Assembly (NCBI RefSeq): GCF_004010195.1
Contig: NC_057724.1
Span: forward strand, 12,902,417 to 12,966,416
Length of the DNA: 64,000 bases
Direction: 5' to 3'
From: Chiloscyllium plagiosum
Lineage: Eukaryota
Position 1 is the stretch's first letter; every line of letters begins with the position of its first letter. Made by a program: the position numbers and the translations under genes. The notes below the pieces were generated by a model. It worked only from the letters and a program-made list of their open reading frames with translations. It searched no databases and was not told the origin of the DNA. This document shows, in pieces, positions 39,624-52,069 of the stretch.

Positions 39624-41015
39624 ATAGAGGGTGGTGGTGGAGGATTGTTTTTCAGACTGGAGGCCTGTGACCAAAGGAGTGCCACAAGGATTGGTGCTGG
39701 GTCCACTACTTTTCATAATTTATATAAAGTCTTTTCCCTGGGGTGGGGGAGTCCAGAACTAGTGGGCATAGGTTTAGGGTGAGAGGGGAAAGATATAAAA
39801 GAGACCTAAGGGGCAACTTTTTCACGCAGAGGGTGGTACGTGTATGGAATGAGCTGCCAGAGGATGTGGTGGAGGCGGGTACAATTGCAACATTTAAGAG
39901 GCATTTGGATGGGTATATGAATAGGAAGGGTTTGGAGAGATATGGGCCGGGCACTGGCAGGTGGGACTAGATTGGGTTGGGATATCTGGTCGGCATGGAC
40001 AGGTTGGACCGAAGGGTCTGTTTCCATGCTGTACATCTCTATGACTCTATATAAATGATTTGGATATGAACACAGGAGATATATTTAGTAAGTTTCCAAA
40101 TGACACCAAAATTGGAGGTGTAGTGGACAGCGAAGAAGAAGACTTCAGATTACAACGGGATCTTGATCAGATGGGTCAATGGGCTGAGAAGTGGCAGATG
40201 GAGATTAATTTAGATAACTGTGAGGTGCTGCACTTTGGGAAAGCAAATCTTAGCAGGACTTTTACATTTAATGGTAAAGTCCTAGTGAGTGTTGCTGAAC
40301 AAAGTGACCTTGGGGTGCAGGTTCATAGATCCTTGAAAATAGAGTCACAGGTAGATAGGATAGTGAAGGTGGTGTTTGGTATGCTTTCCTTTATTGGTCA
40401 GAGCATTGAGTACGGAGTTGGGAGGTCATGTTGTGGCTGTACAGGATGTTGGTTAGGTCACTGTTGGAATATTGCGTGCAATTCTGGTCTCCTTCCTATC
40501 GGAAAGATGTTGTGAAACTTGAAAGTGTTCAGAAAAGATTTACAAGGATGTTGCCAGGGTTGGAGGATTTGAGCTACAGGAAGAGGCTGAACAGGCTGGG
40601 GCTGTTTTCCCTGGAGCATCAAAGGCTGAGGGATGACCTTATAGAGGTTTATAAAATCATGAAGGGCATGGATAGGGTAAATAGACAAATTCTTTTCCCT
40701 GGGGTGGGATCCTCCAGAGCGAGAGGGCATAGGTTTAGGGTGAGAGGGGAAAGATATAAATGGAACCTAAGGGGCAACTTTTTCAAGCAGAGGGTGGTAT
40801 GTGTATGGAATGAGCTGCCAGAGGAAGTGATGGAGGCTGGTACAATTACAATATTTAAAAGACATCTGGATGGGTATATGAATAGGAAGAGTTTGGAGGG
40901 ATATGGGCCAAGTGCTGGCAGGTGGGACTAGATTGGGTTGGGGTATCTTGTCGGCATGGATGGGTTTGTTTGGTGAGAAGGGTCTGTTTCTGTGCTGTAC
41001 ATCTCTTTGACTCCA
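39624..41015 (+). mobile_element. CR1 LINE, 5'-truncated, interrupted by a nested CR1 3' fragment
   Basis: RT remnants (DTKIGGVVDSEE, LEYCVQFWSP, WNELPEEV) and 3' tail. Confidence 0.9.
39729..40047 (+). mobile_element. Nested CR1 3' fragment with TATATAAA TSD
   Basis: TATATAAA at 39721-39728 and 40048-40055; host RT sequence resumes after the insert. Confidence 0.9.
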
Positions 41016-42678
41016 TCTGAGCACAACATTATCGTTCTGAATCTGGATATGAATCATTTTAATTTACAGTCAAACATGCTCACGTTGAAAGGTGACAGCT
41101 GTGGCTTCTGCAGTCTACCTGAAAGATTAACTCTGGCCTGTTATAGCAGTGCTACCACAGCAGAAACTGCAGTGTTAAGTAAAATATATAACTTTGATAA
41201 AGTATTGTCTGCAGAACTGCAACGTTCTCAATCCTGTTCCTTTAAATCCAAATGTTGCAACATTCATGTTCTCTCCCATGATAATTGAGAGTAGGTGCCC
41301 CTTCCTTTGTTAATTGTTCTGTCAGGTAGCTAATGCAATGCTTGCTTTATAAGAACTCCCAACATCAGGCTCACAGACATGAGCATTCAAGTGCTTGCCT
41401 CGGCAGTAAATGTGAACTTCCGATATACATCCAAAGTAACTGAAAGCTAAAGACAAAAGGTGTTTACAGTACCTGCAGAAAATACTTCCAATTAACTGGA
41501 GCAGGGTGACATAGAAAGTACCCATCTGTTAAAATGAGCCTAATGTACTGTAATATTGTTATAGTGTAGACTTGGAGACGGACCGCTGGTCAGTAGCTGC
41601 TCTGGAGTGACAGTTATTGAATTCATTTTGAAGTCTGCTGAATAAGCTAATCCCAAACGGTTCTAATTGCTTAAAGATTTCAACAGTGCTGAAGATGATT
41701 ATAGAATAAGACATTTTTTTAAACAATATAATTCCACACTCCAAACACCTACTTTTGTAGGAAGCACACTCGACTTTACGAAACGTTGTTTATGTTGGAA
41801 ATGAAACAAGCTGATGAAGCTTTCCTTCTTTTGTAGATCAGGACAGAGTTTCAAGAATGCAAAATTTCACAGGGAGCAACAATACATACTGCATTTAAAA
41901 AAAAAAGACAAGTAGTGTTGGTTTGCAAGTGGAGCCTAACTGATCACGTTGTTATCATTGAGAATGTAGCAGTGAGCAACTACCTCTCAAGTTTTTGTTT
42001 AAAATCCAAAAAGGGAATTAAACGCTCATCAAAGTGTTGTCATGGGGAGTACACTAGGGAATAACTCTCCCTCGTGCTGCTTTTTGTTTTCTAAGTTAAT
42101 AAAAGTGCAGTGCCTAGATATGTCCATTTGTGCAAATAGTGCAAACCATATGCTTTTGTTGTAGTAGTTGAGCTGCATGACCCTAATCTGCTGCAGGGAA
42201 ACTGCCAGGGATCACTAAGTATTCTCAGATGGTAGTCGGCTGACCTGTCACTTTTAACATGGTGGGAGAAGGCTCTTAATTGGCCTGAGGTGATCATGGA
42301 CTGTTGCTGAGCTTAATTCCTTGCTTTCTCTCCCTATTTTATATATCCCACAACCCCACCCCCCTACCCAGTCGCTTAGCCTGTCCTTAGAGGGATGGTG
42401 AAATGTACTTTGTAGGTGGACTTATCAGGCAAACAAAAATATATTTGCTTGAAGAAAACCAATGACTTCAATACTTGTGGAGAAGGAATGGGCAGAGTAA
42501 GGTGGGGGAAACTTTGGATGTTTGGTCAATAGAGGGTCCTGCTGAGTTCACCATCGACTGGCCTGGGAAGCTGGAGGTGGTAGGTGATTGTTAACCATCT
42601 TAGAAATGCTCCCAAGCAATCAGAATATTTAGGAGTTTGTATCAGCCTTGTCTCCCATTGTATCTATTGTGCCGAATT

Positions 42679-42998
42679 GGGGCGGCACGGTGGCTCAGTG
42701 GTTAGCACTGCTGCCTCACATCACCAGCGACCCAGGTTCGATTCCAACCTCAGGCAACTGTCTGTGTGGAGTTAGCACATTCTCCCCGTGTGTGCGTGGG
42801 TTTCCTCCGGGTGCTCTGGTTTCCTCCAACAGTCCAAAAATGTGCAGGTCAGGTGAATTGGCCATGCTAAATTGCCCACAGTGTTAGGTACATTAGTCAG
42901 AGGGAAATGGGTCTGGGTGGGTTACTCTTCGGAGGGTCGGTTGGGACTTGTTGGGCCAAAGGGCCTGTTTCCACACTGTAGGGAATCTAATCTAATCT
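42679..42998 (+). mobile_element. Full-length HE1-like V-SINE (tRNA-derived)
   Basis: Pol III A box TGGCTCAGTGG (42691-42701), B box GGTTCGATTCC (42735-42745), V-domain-like core (tctgtgtggagtt.gcacattctcccc...gggtttcctccgggtgctc), CR1-like tail ending (aatct)n. Confidence 0.9.
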
Positions 42999-43464
42999 TA
43001 ATATCAATGCTATTGAACCCAATGGACAAGTTTGATTTAAGATTTTGTTTGAATCTACTGATTTCATCAAAATTGATTCTGACTAAATTTTCTAAGAAAG
43101 TTCTAAGATAACAGAGCAGTGGCACCACTGAATGATATTTGAGCTTGGCCTAAGTAATGCATAAAGGACCCATCAGATATGAGAATATAGGAATTACACT
43201 TTGATGGGTAGAAGAAGGGGGTTGATAAGGTAATATTCCCCAGTACACTTTTGAAGGTTAGAAGAATGAATGCATTAGGTGGAGTCAATGAAGAGTAGAT
43301 TCTGACTGAATTGAATAAATGAATGGGTTTTTTTTGCTGCTTTGAATTGTATGTGGTTTAGTTGGTGAACAAATGGCTAGCACTTTGCTGTGTAAGTGCC
43401 GGGTGAAGACCATCTTCAACCACAGAGAATTTAACCATATACTCTTCTGTCTAAATGGCATAAA

Positions 43465-44266
43465 TTAGGAATATGATGGAATATTCCTTACTTACCTGGA
43501 ATGCGGCTCCAACACTCGACAGCTGAGATACCTAGTCTAATAACTGATAGGAGATATCTTTGGACATTCAAAAGATGGAGTGTCAGCATTGCTGTGGAAA
43601 GATGGAGCGTCTGTGAATGTGTGAGCAGTATTATGGATCCTCCCTGACAGTTAAAAGTAGTACAGAATTGTTATTAGCACAGAAAGAGGTGATTTGGCCC
43701 ATCTTGTCAGCACTGACTCTCCAACTGAACAATCACTTAGTGCCAGTCTCCTACCTTATCTTGGTAATGCTGCATACTCTTCCTTTTCACACAATAGTCT
43801 AATTCCCTTGTGAATGCTTTGATAAGCACTCAAGAAGCTTGACATAATCTAGGACAAAGAAAACTTTTTGATATTCCATCTACCACCTCCAAACACTGAC
43901 TTCATCTACCACTGACACACTGTCCTGTCATTTATAATATGCCCCATAGCACCTCTGCGTCCATTGACATCACTTTCCAAGCCTGTCATCCCTACCACCT
44001 TGAACAGCAGAAGATGCACGGGAACATCATTCCTTACAATCCCACTGCAATGCACATGCCGTCCTGCCTTGGAACCATATGTCTGTTCTTTGCTGTCACT
44101 GTCGAAATCCTGGGACGTACTCTGTAACAATACTGCGGCTGTATCTATCCCCTGTAGACTGTAGCAGTTCATGAAGGTGGCTCACCACCGCCTTCTCCAG
44201 GACAATTAAGGATGGACAATAATTGCTGGCCTCACCAGTGATGGTCACATCCTGAAGACAAATGAA
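43465..44266 (+). mobile_element. Old CR1/L2-group LINE 3' end (likely partner of the SacSINE1-like SINE), interrupted by a duplicated segment
   Basis: Tail gcagttcatgaaggtggctcaccacc...caattaaggatggacaataattgctggcc...cacatcc shared with SINEs at 36604 and 52947. Confidence 0.65.
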
Positions 44267-44870
44267 AGTACTTGCCTGAGTCAAAAGGTGCTACCGTCAA
44301 TTCCATTCCTTCTTTTGTGCCAACTTGGATTTATGGTTAAGTTATTGCTGTAAGAGGGTGTGTTCTCATTGTTAAATTGGCAAGTTCAGATTTACAGTTA
44401 GTTTGGTATTACTTAAAGTAGTTATAGTACTTCATTATGGACAGGACATATTGGAGTTATTGAAGTGACCTCTATAATAATGTATTTTTCTTTTCTGTCT
44501 GCTCATGTTTGGTTGGTGTTCGATTTGATGGGTGGTGCCTGCCTGAATCTAGAGGATCACTGTTGGGTAATCAGGTGTTTAAAAACTTGTAAGTACCACT
44601 CGACAGCTGAGATACCAAGTCTAATAACTGGTAGAAGATATTTTGGAAAGATGGAGCACCTGTGAATGTGTGAGCAGTATTATGGATCCTCCCTGACAGT
44701 TAAAAGTAGTACAGAATTGTTATTAGCACAGAAAGAGGTGATTTGGCCCATCTTGTCAGCACTGACTCTCCAATTGAACACTCAGTGCCAGTCTCCTACC
44801 TTCCCTTGGTAATGCTGCATACTCTTCCTTTTCATACAATAGTCTAATTCCCTTGTGAATGCGTTGATAA
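43513..44870 (+). repeat. Dispersed direct duplication: 43513-43825 copies 44597-44870
   Basis: Long identical blocks (e.g. ctgtgaatgtgtgagcagtattatggatcctccctgacagttaaaagtagtacagaattg...) with scattered substitutions and a ~35-bp indel. Confidence 0.95.
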
Positions 44871-45492
44871 AACCTACCTCCATCTACCACATTCTCAGGC
44901 AGCGCATTCCATGCCTTACGCACTTGCTGCATGCTAAGTTCTCTTTTTGTGTATTGTGTTTGCTTCTTTTGTCAAAGACTTGAAATCTGTGCTCTCCTGT
45001 ATACAATCTTATCGTGTGTGGTTATAGTTTTCCCCAAACTACTCTGACTAGGAACTTGTTTTGTTTTAATTCCGTGAAAAACACCAAGACCTGTCCTTTC
45101 CACTCACCTCCCTCTGCTGTTGTTAATGTCCAATAGCTGGGAGATGAATAAGTGGGTGTGTTAACTCAAATCTGCTCAACAATTACTCTACTGACCCATC
45201 CCCAGCTGTGTCTGCAAAGGGGTGAAGTTGACCATCTGTTTCAGTCCTGTGGGTCAGCCCTGCTGTGCAAGTAATTCAGGCGCAACCAATTCTATTTGCT
45301 TTGAAATAGTTGGTTTTTAGCCGAAGAACTAAAAGGGTGCAGTTACAAGGTTGAAGGTGAAAATGTGATGAGGTGAGGATGGAATAAGATGGGAAAGCAT
45401 GGGAGAAGTGAGAGTGAGAGGATGGCAGCTTATGTGCATGAGAATGATGGAATTTGAGGGAAGTGTTGGCATGGTTTGGGCAGATGAGATGA

Positions 45493-46180
45493 TGGAATAG
45501 ACAATAGGTGCAGGAGTAGGCCATTCTACCCTTCGAGTCTACACCACCATTCATTATGAACATGGCTGATCATCCTTAATCAGTATCCTGTTCCTGCCTT
45601 ATTCCCATAACCCTTGATTCCACTATCCTTGAGAGGTCTATCCAACTCTTTGTTAAACGAATCCAGAGACTGGGCCTCAACTGCCCTCTGGGGCAGAGCA
45701 TTCCACACAGCCACCACTCTCTGGGTGAAGAAGTTTCTTCTCATCTCTGTCCTAAATGGTCTACCCCGTATTTTTAAGCTGTGTCCTCTGGTTCAGAACT
45801 CACCCATCAGCGGAAACATGTTTCCTGCCTCCAGAGTATCCAATCCTTTAATAATCTTGTACGTCTCAATCAGACCCCCTCTCGGTCTTCTAAACTCAAG
45901 GGTGTACAAGACCAGTCGCTCCAATCTTTCAGCATAGTCCCGCCATTCCAGGAATTGACCTCGTGAACCTAAGCTGCACTCCCCCAGTAGCCAGAATGTC
46001 TCTCCTCAAATTTGGAGACCAGAACTGCACACAGTACTCCAGGTGTGGTCTCACCAGGGCCCTGTACAGCTGCAGAAGAACCTCTTTGCTTCTATACTCA
46101 ATCCCTCTTGTTATGAAGGCCAGCATGCTATTAGCTTTCTTCACTACCTGCTGTACCTGCATGCTTACCTTCATTGACTG
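45493..46180 (-). mobile_element. Young CR1 LINE 3' portion, third subfamily
   Basis: MQVQQVVKKANSMLAFITRGIEYRSKEVLLQLYRALVRPHLEYCVQFWSP. Confidence 0.9.
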
Positions 46181-46776
46181 GTCAAAATGTGTCAAAATGG
46201 AATGTATGCAAGAAACAAAAGAGGGATATGAATGGTTCTTTATTGTTTTGAATTGTGTGGTGCAACATTAGAACAGCAAATTCTGGTGTCTTTGTTTCAT
46301 GCAATCACATTACCTCCTGCTTCTTTTCCCTGTAAAATTGGACTATCAATATCTCAGAAAGCAATCATTTGCTGTAAAATAAATTGGCATCAGCAATAGT
46401 GAAATTAACTATTAAAATAGAAGTTATTCACTCTTCTTTCCTGCAAAACCAGGTAAACCTTAAATGATTGTAACAAACTTCAGGCCAAGAAAATACACTG
46501 AGCCTTAAACAGTAATGCAAACATGCTCATTGTAGAGCCAAATTTGGTCCTTATTACGCATCCATTTTTATCATTGTGAAACTTTCAGCACTTAAATTAC
46601 ACAGTAATTAGGTTAACTCACTCTATAACAGCTTCTGAATATGCTGCCATTTTGTTTCATCACTCCAGTTTGATTGTACCCCCCCATGCTCTTTTGACTC
46701 CTGCCTTTCATGTTATTGCTCAAGCTGCAGAAACCTTCAAATATTTGCTGTTTAATTAGTATATTTAATCAATTCA

Positions 46777-47011
46777 TGAGTCAGTATGGATTTATGAAGG
46801 GGAAATCATGCTTGACTAATCTTCTGGAATTTTTTGAGGATGTAATTCTGAAGATGGACAAGGGAGATCCAGTGGATGTAGTGTACCTGGACTTTCAGAA
46901 AGCCTTTGATAAAGTCCCACATAGGAGGTTAGTGAGCAAAATTAGGGCGCATGGTATTGGGGGCAAAATACTGACTTGGATTGAAAATTGGTTGGCTGAC
47001 AGGAAACAAAG
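46777..47011 (+). mobile_element. CR1 RT 5'-truncation end
   Basis: SQYGFMKGKSCLTNLLEFFEDV...VDVVYLDFQKAFDKVPHRRL. Confidence 0.9.
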
Positions 47012-47939
47012 NNNNNNNNNNNNNNNNNNNNNNNNNNNNNNNNNNNNNNNNNNNNNNNNNNNNNNNNNNNNNNNNNNNNNNNNNNNNNNNNNNNNNNNNN
47101 NNNNNNNNNNNNNNNNNNNNNNNNNNNNNNNNNNNNNNNNNNNNNNNNNNNNNNNNNNNNNNNNNNNNNNNNNNNNNNNNNNNNNNNNNNNNNNNNNNNN
47201 NNNNNNNNNNNNNNNNNNNNNNNNNNNNNNNNNNNNNNNNNNNNNNNNNNNNNNNNNNNNNNNNNNNNNNNNNNNNNNNNNNNNNNNNNNNNNNNNNNNN
47301 NNNNNNNNNNNNNNNNNNNNNNNNNNNNNNNNNNNNNNNNNNNNNNNNNNNNNNNNNNNNNNNNNNNNNNNNNNNNNNNNNNNNNNNNNNNNNNNNNNNN
47401 NNNNNNNNNNNNNNNNNNNNNNNNNNNNNNNNNNNNNNNNNNNNNNNNNNNNNNNNNNNNNNNNNNNNNNNNNNNNNNNNNNNNNNNNNNNNNNNNNNNN
47501 NNNNNNNNNNNNNNNNNNNNNNNNNNNNNNNNNNNNNNNNNNNNNNNNNNNNNNNNNNNNNNNNNNNNNNNNNNNNNNNNNNNNNNNNNNNNNNNNNNNN
47601 NNNNNNNNNNNNNNNNNNNNNNNNNNNNNNNNNNNNNNNNNNNNNNNNNNNNNNNNNNNNNNNNNNNNNNNNNNNNNNNNNNNNNNNNNNNNNNNNNNNN
47701 NNNNNNNNNNNNNNNNNNNNNNNNNNNNNNNNNNNNNNNNNNNNNNNNNNNNNNNNNNNNNNNNNNNNNNNNNNNNNNNNNNNNNNNNNNNNNNNNNNNN
47801 NNNNNNNNNNNNNNNNNNNNNNNNNNNNNNNNNNNNNNNNNNNNNNNNNNNNNNNNNNNNNNNNNNNNNNNNNNNNNNNNNNNNNNNNNNNNNNNNNNNN
47901 NNNNNNNNNNNNNNNNNNNNNNNNNNNNNNNNNNNNNNN
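47012..47939. other. Assembly gap (928 N)
   Basis: N run. Confidence 1.
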
Positions 47940-48869
47940 AAATTCCAGAAGATTAGTCAAGCATGATTTCCCCTTCATAAATCCATACTGACTCATGAAT
48001 TGATTAAATATACTAATTAAACAGCAAATATTTGAAGGTTTCTGCAGCTTGAGCAATAACATGAAAGGCAGGAGTCAAAAGAGCATGGGGGGGTACAATC
48101 AAACTGGAGTGATGAAACAAAATGGCAGCATATTCAGAAGCTGTTATAGAGTGAGTTAACCTAATTACTGTGTAATTTAAGTGCTGAAAGTTTCACAATG
48201 ATAAAAATGGATGCGTAATAAGGACCAAATTTGGCTCTACAATGAGCATGTTTGCATTACTGTTTAAGGCTCAGTGTATTTTCTTGGCCTGAAGTTTGTT
48301 ACAATCATTTAAGGTTTACCTGGTTTTGCAGGAAAGAAGAGTGAATAACTTCTATTTTAATAGTTAATTTCACTATTGCTGATGCCAATTTATTTTACAG
48401 CAAATGATTGCTTTCTGAGATATTGATAGTCCAATTTTACAGGGAAAAGAAGCAGGAGGTAATGTGATTGCATGAAACAAAGACACCAGAATTTGCTGTT
48501 CTAATGTTGCACCACGCAATTCAAAACAATAGAGAACCATTCATATCCCTCTTCTGTTTCTTGCATACATTCCATTTTGACACATGGGCAGCCAAGTGTC
48601 AAATACCAGCCAAAACCATAAAGGGGTTTGCCTCTTGACTGTGGGGTGAGGGGTGAGGTTCACTCAGTTAGAACCTGCCTTCTTATTGTTGTATTGATGT
48701 TTTTTTTTCCCATCCCCAGGTAATGATCATGAAAATATACTCCAGTACTTAGTTTCTCCTCCTACTTGCCAAATCCAAGAAAACAAGTGTATGCTCCAAA
48801 CTTTCATGCTATAAAATATCCAACGGTACAAATAAAGACCTCCAAACTCCAAAGGTCCATGCCCCTTCT

Positions 48870-49225
48870 ATGAATATGAAAGCTTCTTATTGGAGTTTTA
48901 AAATCCCTCCAAACGTTGCCCTTCCCTTCTACATAAACTCTCCTATCCTTCCCTAACCACTGAGATCCCTCTCTCCTGTTCTGGCCTTTTGAATATCGCT
49001 GGATATCATTGTCCCACTATTGTTGACTATGCCTTAAGATAGCAAGGCCCCACGATCTGAAATTCCCACTGTACTCCTCCCGGTTCATCTTTAAGACTTC
49101 CTATAATCTATCTTTGTGTCTAAGCTTTTGGTCACCTACTTTCATATCACTTTTAGTGCTTTGGTGTCAAATGTAATTAAATAATGTTCCTGTGATGCAA
49201 TGCGGCATTTTAATATGTTAACCGC
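48870..49225 (+). mobile_element. Ancient L2-like LINE 3' remnant
   Basis: Pyrimidine-rich decayed pattern (gcc..ag...caaggcccc...tctgaaattccc...ctttaagac...cttttggtcacct). Confidence 0.4.
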
Positions 49226-50829
49226 TCAAGTTGTTATTTCAGGAGAAAACTGCTCACCATCAAAGGTCAGAGTGTTTAGTTGTTTTATTTTCATTCTGTG
49301 ATTATCATAATAAGTACATTTTCTGAGTATTTTCAATATATAATTTCAAATCCGTATTCCACTCACGTCATCTCCCAACAGGTGACTAGGTGACTCACCT
49401 AGCGATCTGTGCTTTGGGCATGTTTAATTACCCAGAGATTTTACATATTAAAGTATGGAAATTGAGTTTCTTATTGCTCATCTGATGTACGTCTGCTGTA
49501 TCTGAGGCTCTCCTGGTCTCATTCCAGTGTTTCTTTTTTGGCATCACTTCATCTCTCAGCATTATTCTTTAATTGCTTCATTCTTGTAGGTTTCGTTCTT
49601 TCCTGGCTGATGACTGTCTCTTTTTGGTTCAGCATTTTCATTTGTCATAAGGGTCAATTATACTGTGTGAAGTGAAGCAGATCAAGTGACTCATCACTGT
49701 TTTGTATTACTGGTTCATCTTTAGTAAACCTTATTTATTCATACATTCGTTCAAAGATCCTATTTTTTTTTGTTGCTAATGGGAAGATTAATCTGCCCTT
49801 TCCATTTTCAAAGCCTGGAGTTTCCTAAGGGGGTGGAAGGTAAAATTACCTCCAAAGAGGTGTCTGTTTTGCCATTGTTGCAAAAAGCTCAAGTATTCTC
49901 TTGATCTTATCACATTACATCCAAACTCACTATGTGCTTAAATTGACACAAATCAACAGCATAAAGCAGTGAAATCAGAGATTAAGAAAATACCAAACAA
50001 GTATGTTTCATCTTTAAAACTTTATATTTGAAGATTCAACTCATTATTTTTGTTCAGTATGTTTCAGAACCTGCAAGGGGGTGGGGGGGTGGGAGTACAG
50101 TTTTTTTTTCGTGTGGGGAGTGAGGTATTGTATTTTTATTGCTTAATAACTTGCATGTTAAACATTGTTAAAAGGAGACCAGAAGTTGAAAAGTTTTGTC
50201 TTGCAATCTTCAAAACAAGGACACAAGAACTAGACTTGTGGGGAGTGGGGGAGAAAAAGAGAAAATATTTGACCCAACATGAGAAGAGGGTGCTAATTGT
50301 TCAGGCCATCATTGATATAGAGAATATAGCAAGAGACATTAACTGTCAATCTTAATTCGCAGACCAGACTGTTCGATTCTGATTGGTCAGTGCATTGCCA
50401 TGGGGATGCAGCAGAGTACTGTTGTCTCCATCACCTCTTCCTTTGAAATTGGTGCAATGCATGGGTGCAAATTAAGGATCAGAAAAATCATTGTTTCTGC
50501 TCACATTGCTCATTTTCCCACAGATTGACCTAACTATTCGAAAGTTGGGACATGTGGATAGAGATTTATTCAGGTGGTTGGTTTGATGAGCAGATTCAAA
50601 AGATGAAGGAAATGTGGCCATGTGGTGATAGGCCCATCTAGATACCATTAAATCCTATGTGATATCAGTGAAGACACTGTGACTTCAGTGGTCATGTGTT
50701 GCTGTTCTACAAAGACATTTGGCTCTCTCCAGCTTGGACTTTCCACCTCCTCCATAGCTTTAACATGTGCAATGTATCAATAACAGTCATTAAGAAGCCT
50801 GGCTTCAGAGTTTAACCTTACCTAAAGAA

Positions 50830-51037
50830 GCTGAAAATGTGTTGCTGGAAAAGCGCAGCAGGTCAGGCAGCATCCAGGGAACAGGAGAATCGACGTTTCG
50901 GGCATAAGCCCTTCTTCAGGAAGGGCTTATGCCTGAAACGTCGATTCTCCTGTTCCCTGGATGCTGCCTGACCTGCTGCGCTTTTCCAGCAACACATTTT
51001 CAGCTCTGATCTCCAGCATCTGCAGACCTCACTTTCT
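50830..51037. mobile_element. Palindromic PLE pLTR insertion, family B, with 14-bp TSD
   Basis: CCTTACCTAAAGAA at 50816-50829 and 51038-51051; arms 50829-50914 and 50920-51005 differ at one base. Confidence 0.92.
50888..50922 (-). ncRNA. Minimal type-I hammerhead ribozyme motif, intact core
   Basis: Minus strand: ttc-CTGAAGA-a-gggc-ttat-gccc-GAAAC-GTC-gatt. Confidence 0.7.
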
Positions 51038-51965
51038 CCTTACCTAAAGAACCCATGCAAAGATCCAATCACAGCAGTCCTGCATGTAAATCATTAAGTG
51101 CTAAATTCTATATCCTTGTAAGCCATGGCACTTATTTGCACTTGGGTTTTGTGTGGACTTTGGACACCAGTGCAGAGAAAATGCCAGGACTGGGATTTCA
51201 GCGATGGCTTTGTTTCTGAAATGTTGCCTTGATATTGATGTACAATTGCTTAATGCATCTAAATGCAATATCTCTCCCTAGTCTCTGACAGACGTATTAA
51301 ATCATCAGTTTAAATACACTAAAATAATAGACAGGCATTTCACATCTTAGATATAATCTCTTGGAAAGCCAGTATCCCACGCAGATTTCAGGAACCATGT
51401 GAGGATTCAACACAAAAGAGAATGTACTTGATACAGAAGATATTCATTTTTAAAAAATCAGACCAGTCCATACAGATTACCAAAGAATATAAAACACTGA
51501 TATACAGCATAATGTACTTCTTTGGCTAAGGACTACTGACCAGCTATATGTGCATGCCAATTGGCATGGCCAGGCAAGGCATAGATGCTGTGAGCATGCT
51601 AAGAGAGCAAGCAAGCAGCTTGGTCACTTGGTCCAATCTTTCAGCTGGGAATGTGTTTCCACTCAAAAAGTGTCCCTTCTGCAGGCTTTCAATGCTAGTT
51701 CCAATGTAACTTGCATTACAAGTCTATGTTTCATGAGTGTGCTGCAAGATCGATCAACAAATCCCAAAGTGTCAAATTATCGCAAAACAATGAAAGCAAT
51801 GATAATCTCATTAATACTGCCAATTTCAGATCTTTTATAATAAGTTCAAGATTTAACATAAAGAACATGTGTGGGTGAATCTTGTAGGGTCTTGGGTGTT
51901 TGGCAAATGCTGGATTCCAATGTCTTTGGATGTGGGTTGTGTGTGTTGATAGCTATAGATTGTGC

Positions 51966-52069
51966 TTATGCCCGAAACGTCGATTCTCCTGTTCCCTGGA
52001 TGCTGCCTGACCTGCTGCGCTTTTCCAGCAACACGTTTTCAGCTCTGATCTGCAGCCCTCACTTTCTCC
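51966..52069 (+). mobile_element. Short PLE pLTR 3' insertion, family B, with 14-bp TSD
   Basis: GCTATAGATTGTGC at 51952-51965 and 52070-52083; truncated inside hammerhead stem II. Confidence 0.9.

Larger units (their letters stand above)
46187..48585. repeat. 646-bp inverted duplication flanking a gap (46187-46832 / 47940-48585)
   Basis: Near-exact reverse complements; three substitutions seen in the outer ~80 bp. Confidence 0.95.

Noticed and set aside
40060-40931. Functional reverse transcriptase gene
   Set aside because: 5'-truncated, frameshifted and interrupted CR1 copy.
42679-42760. tRNA gene
   Set aside because: The A/B boxes run directly into a V-SINE core and LINE-derived tail; no complete cloverleaf.
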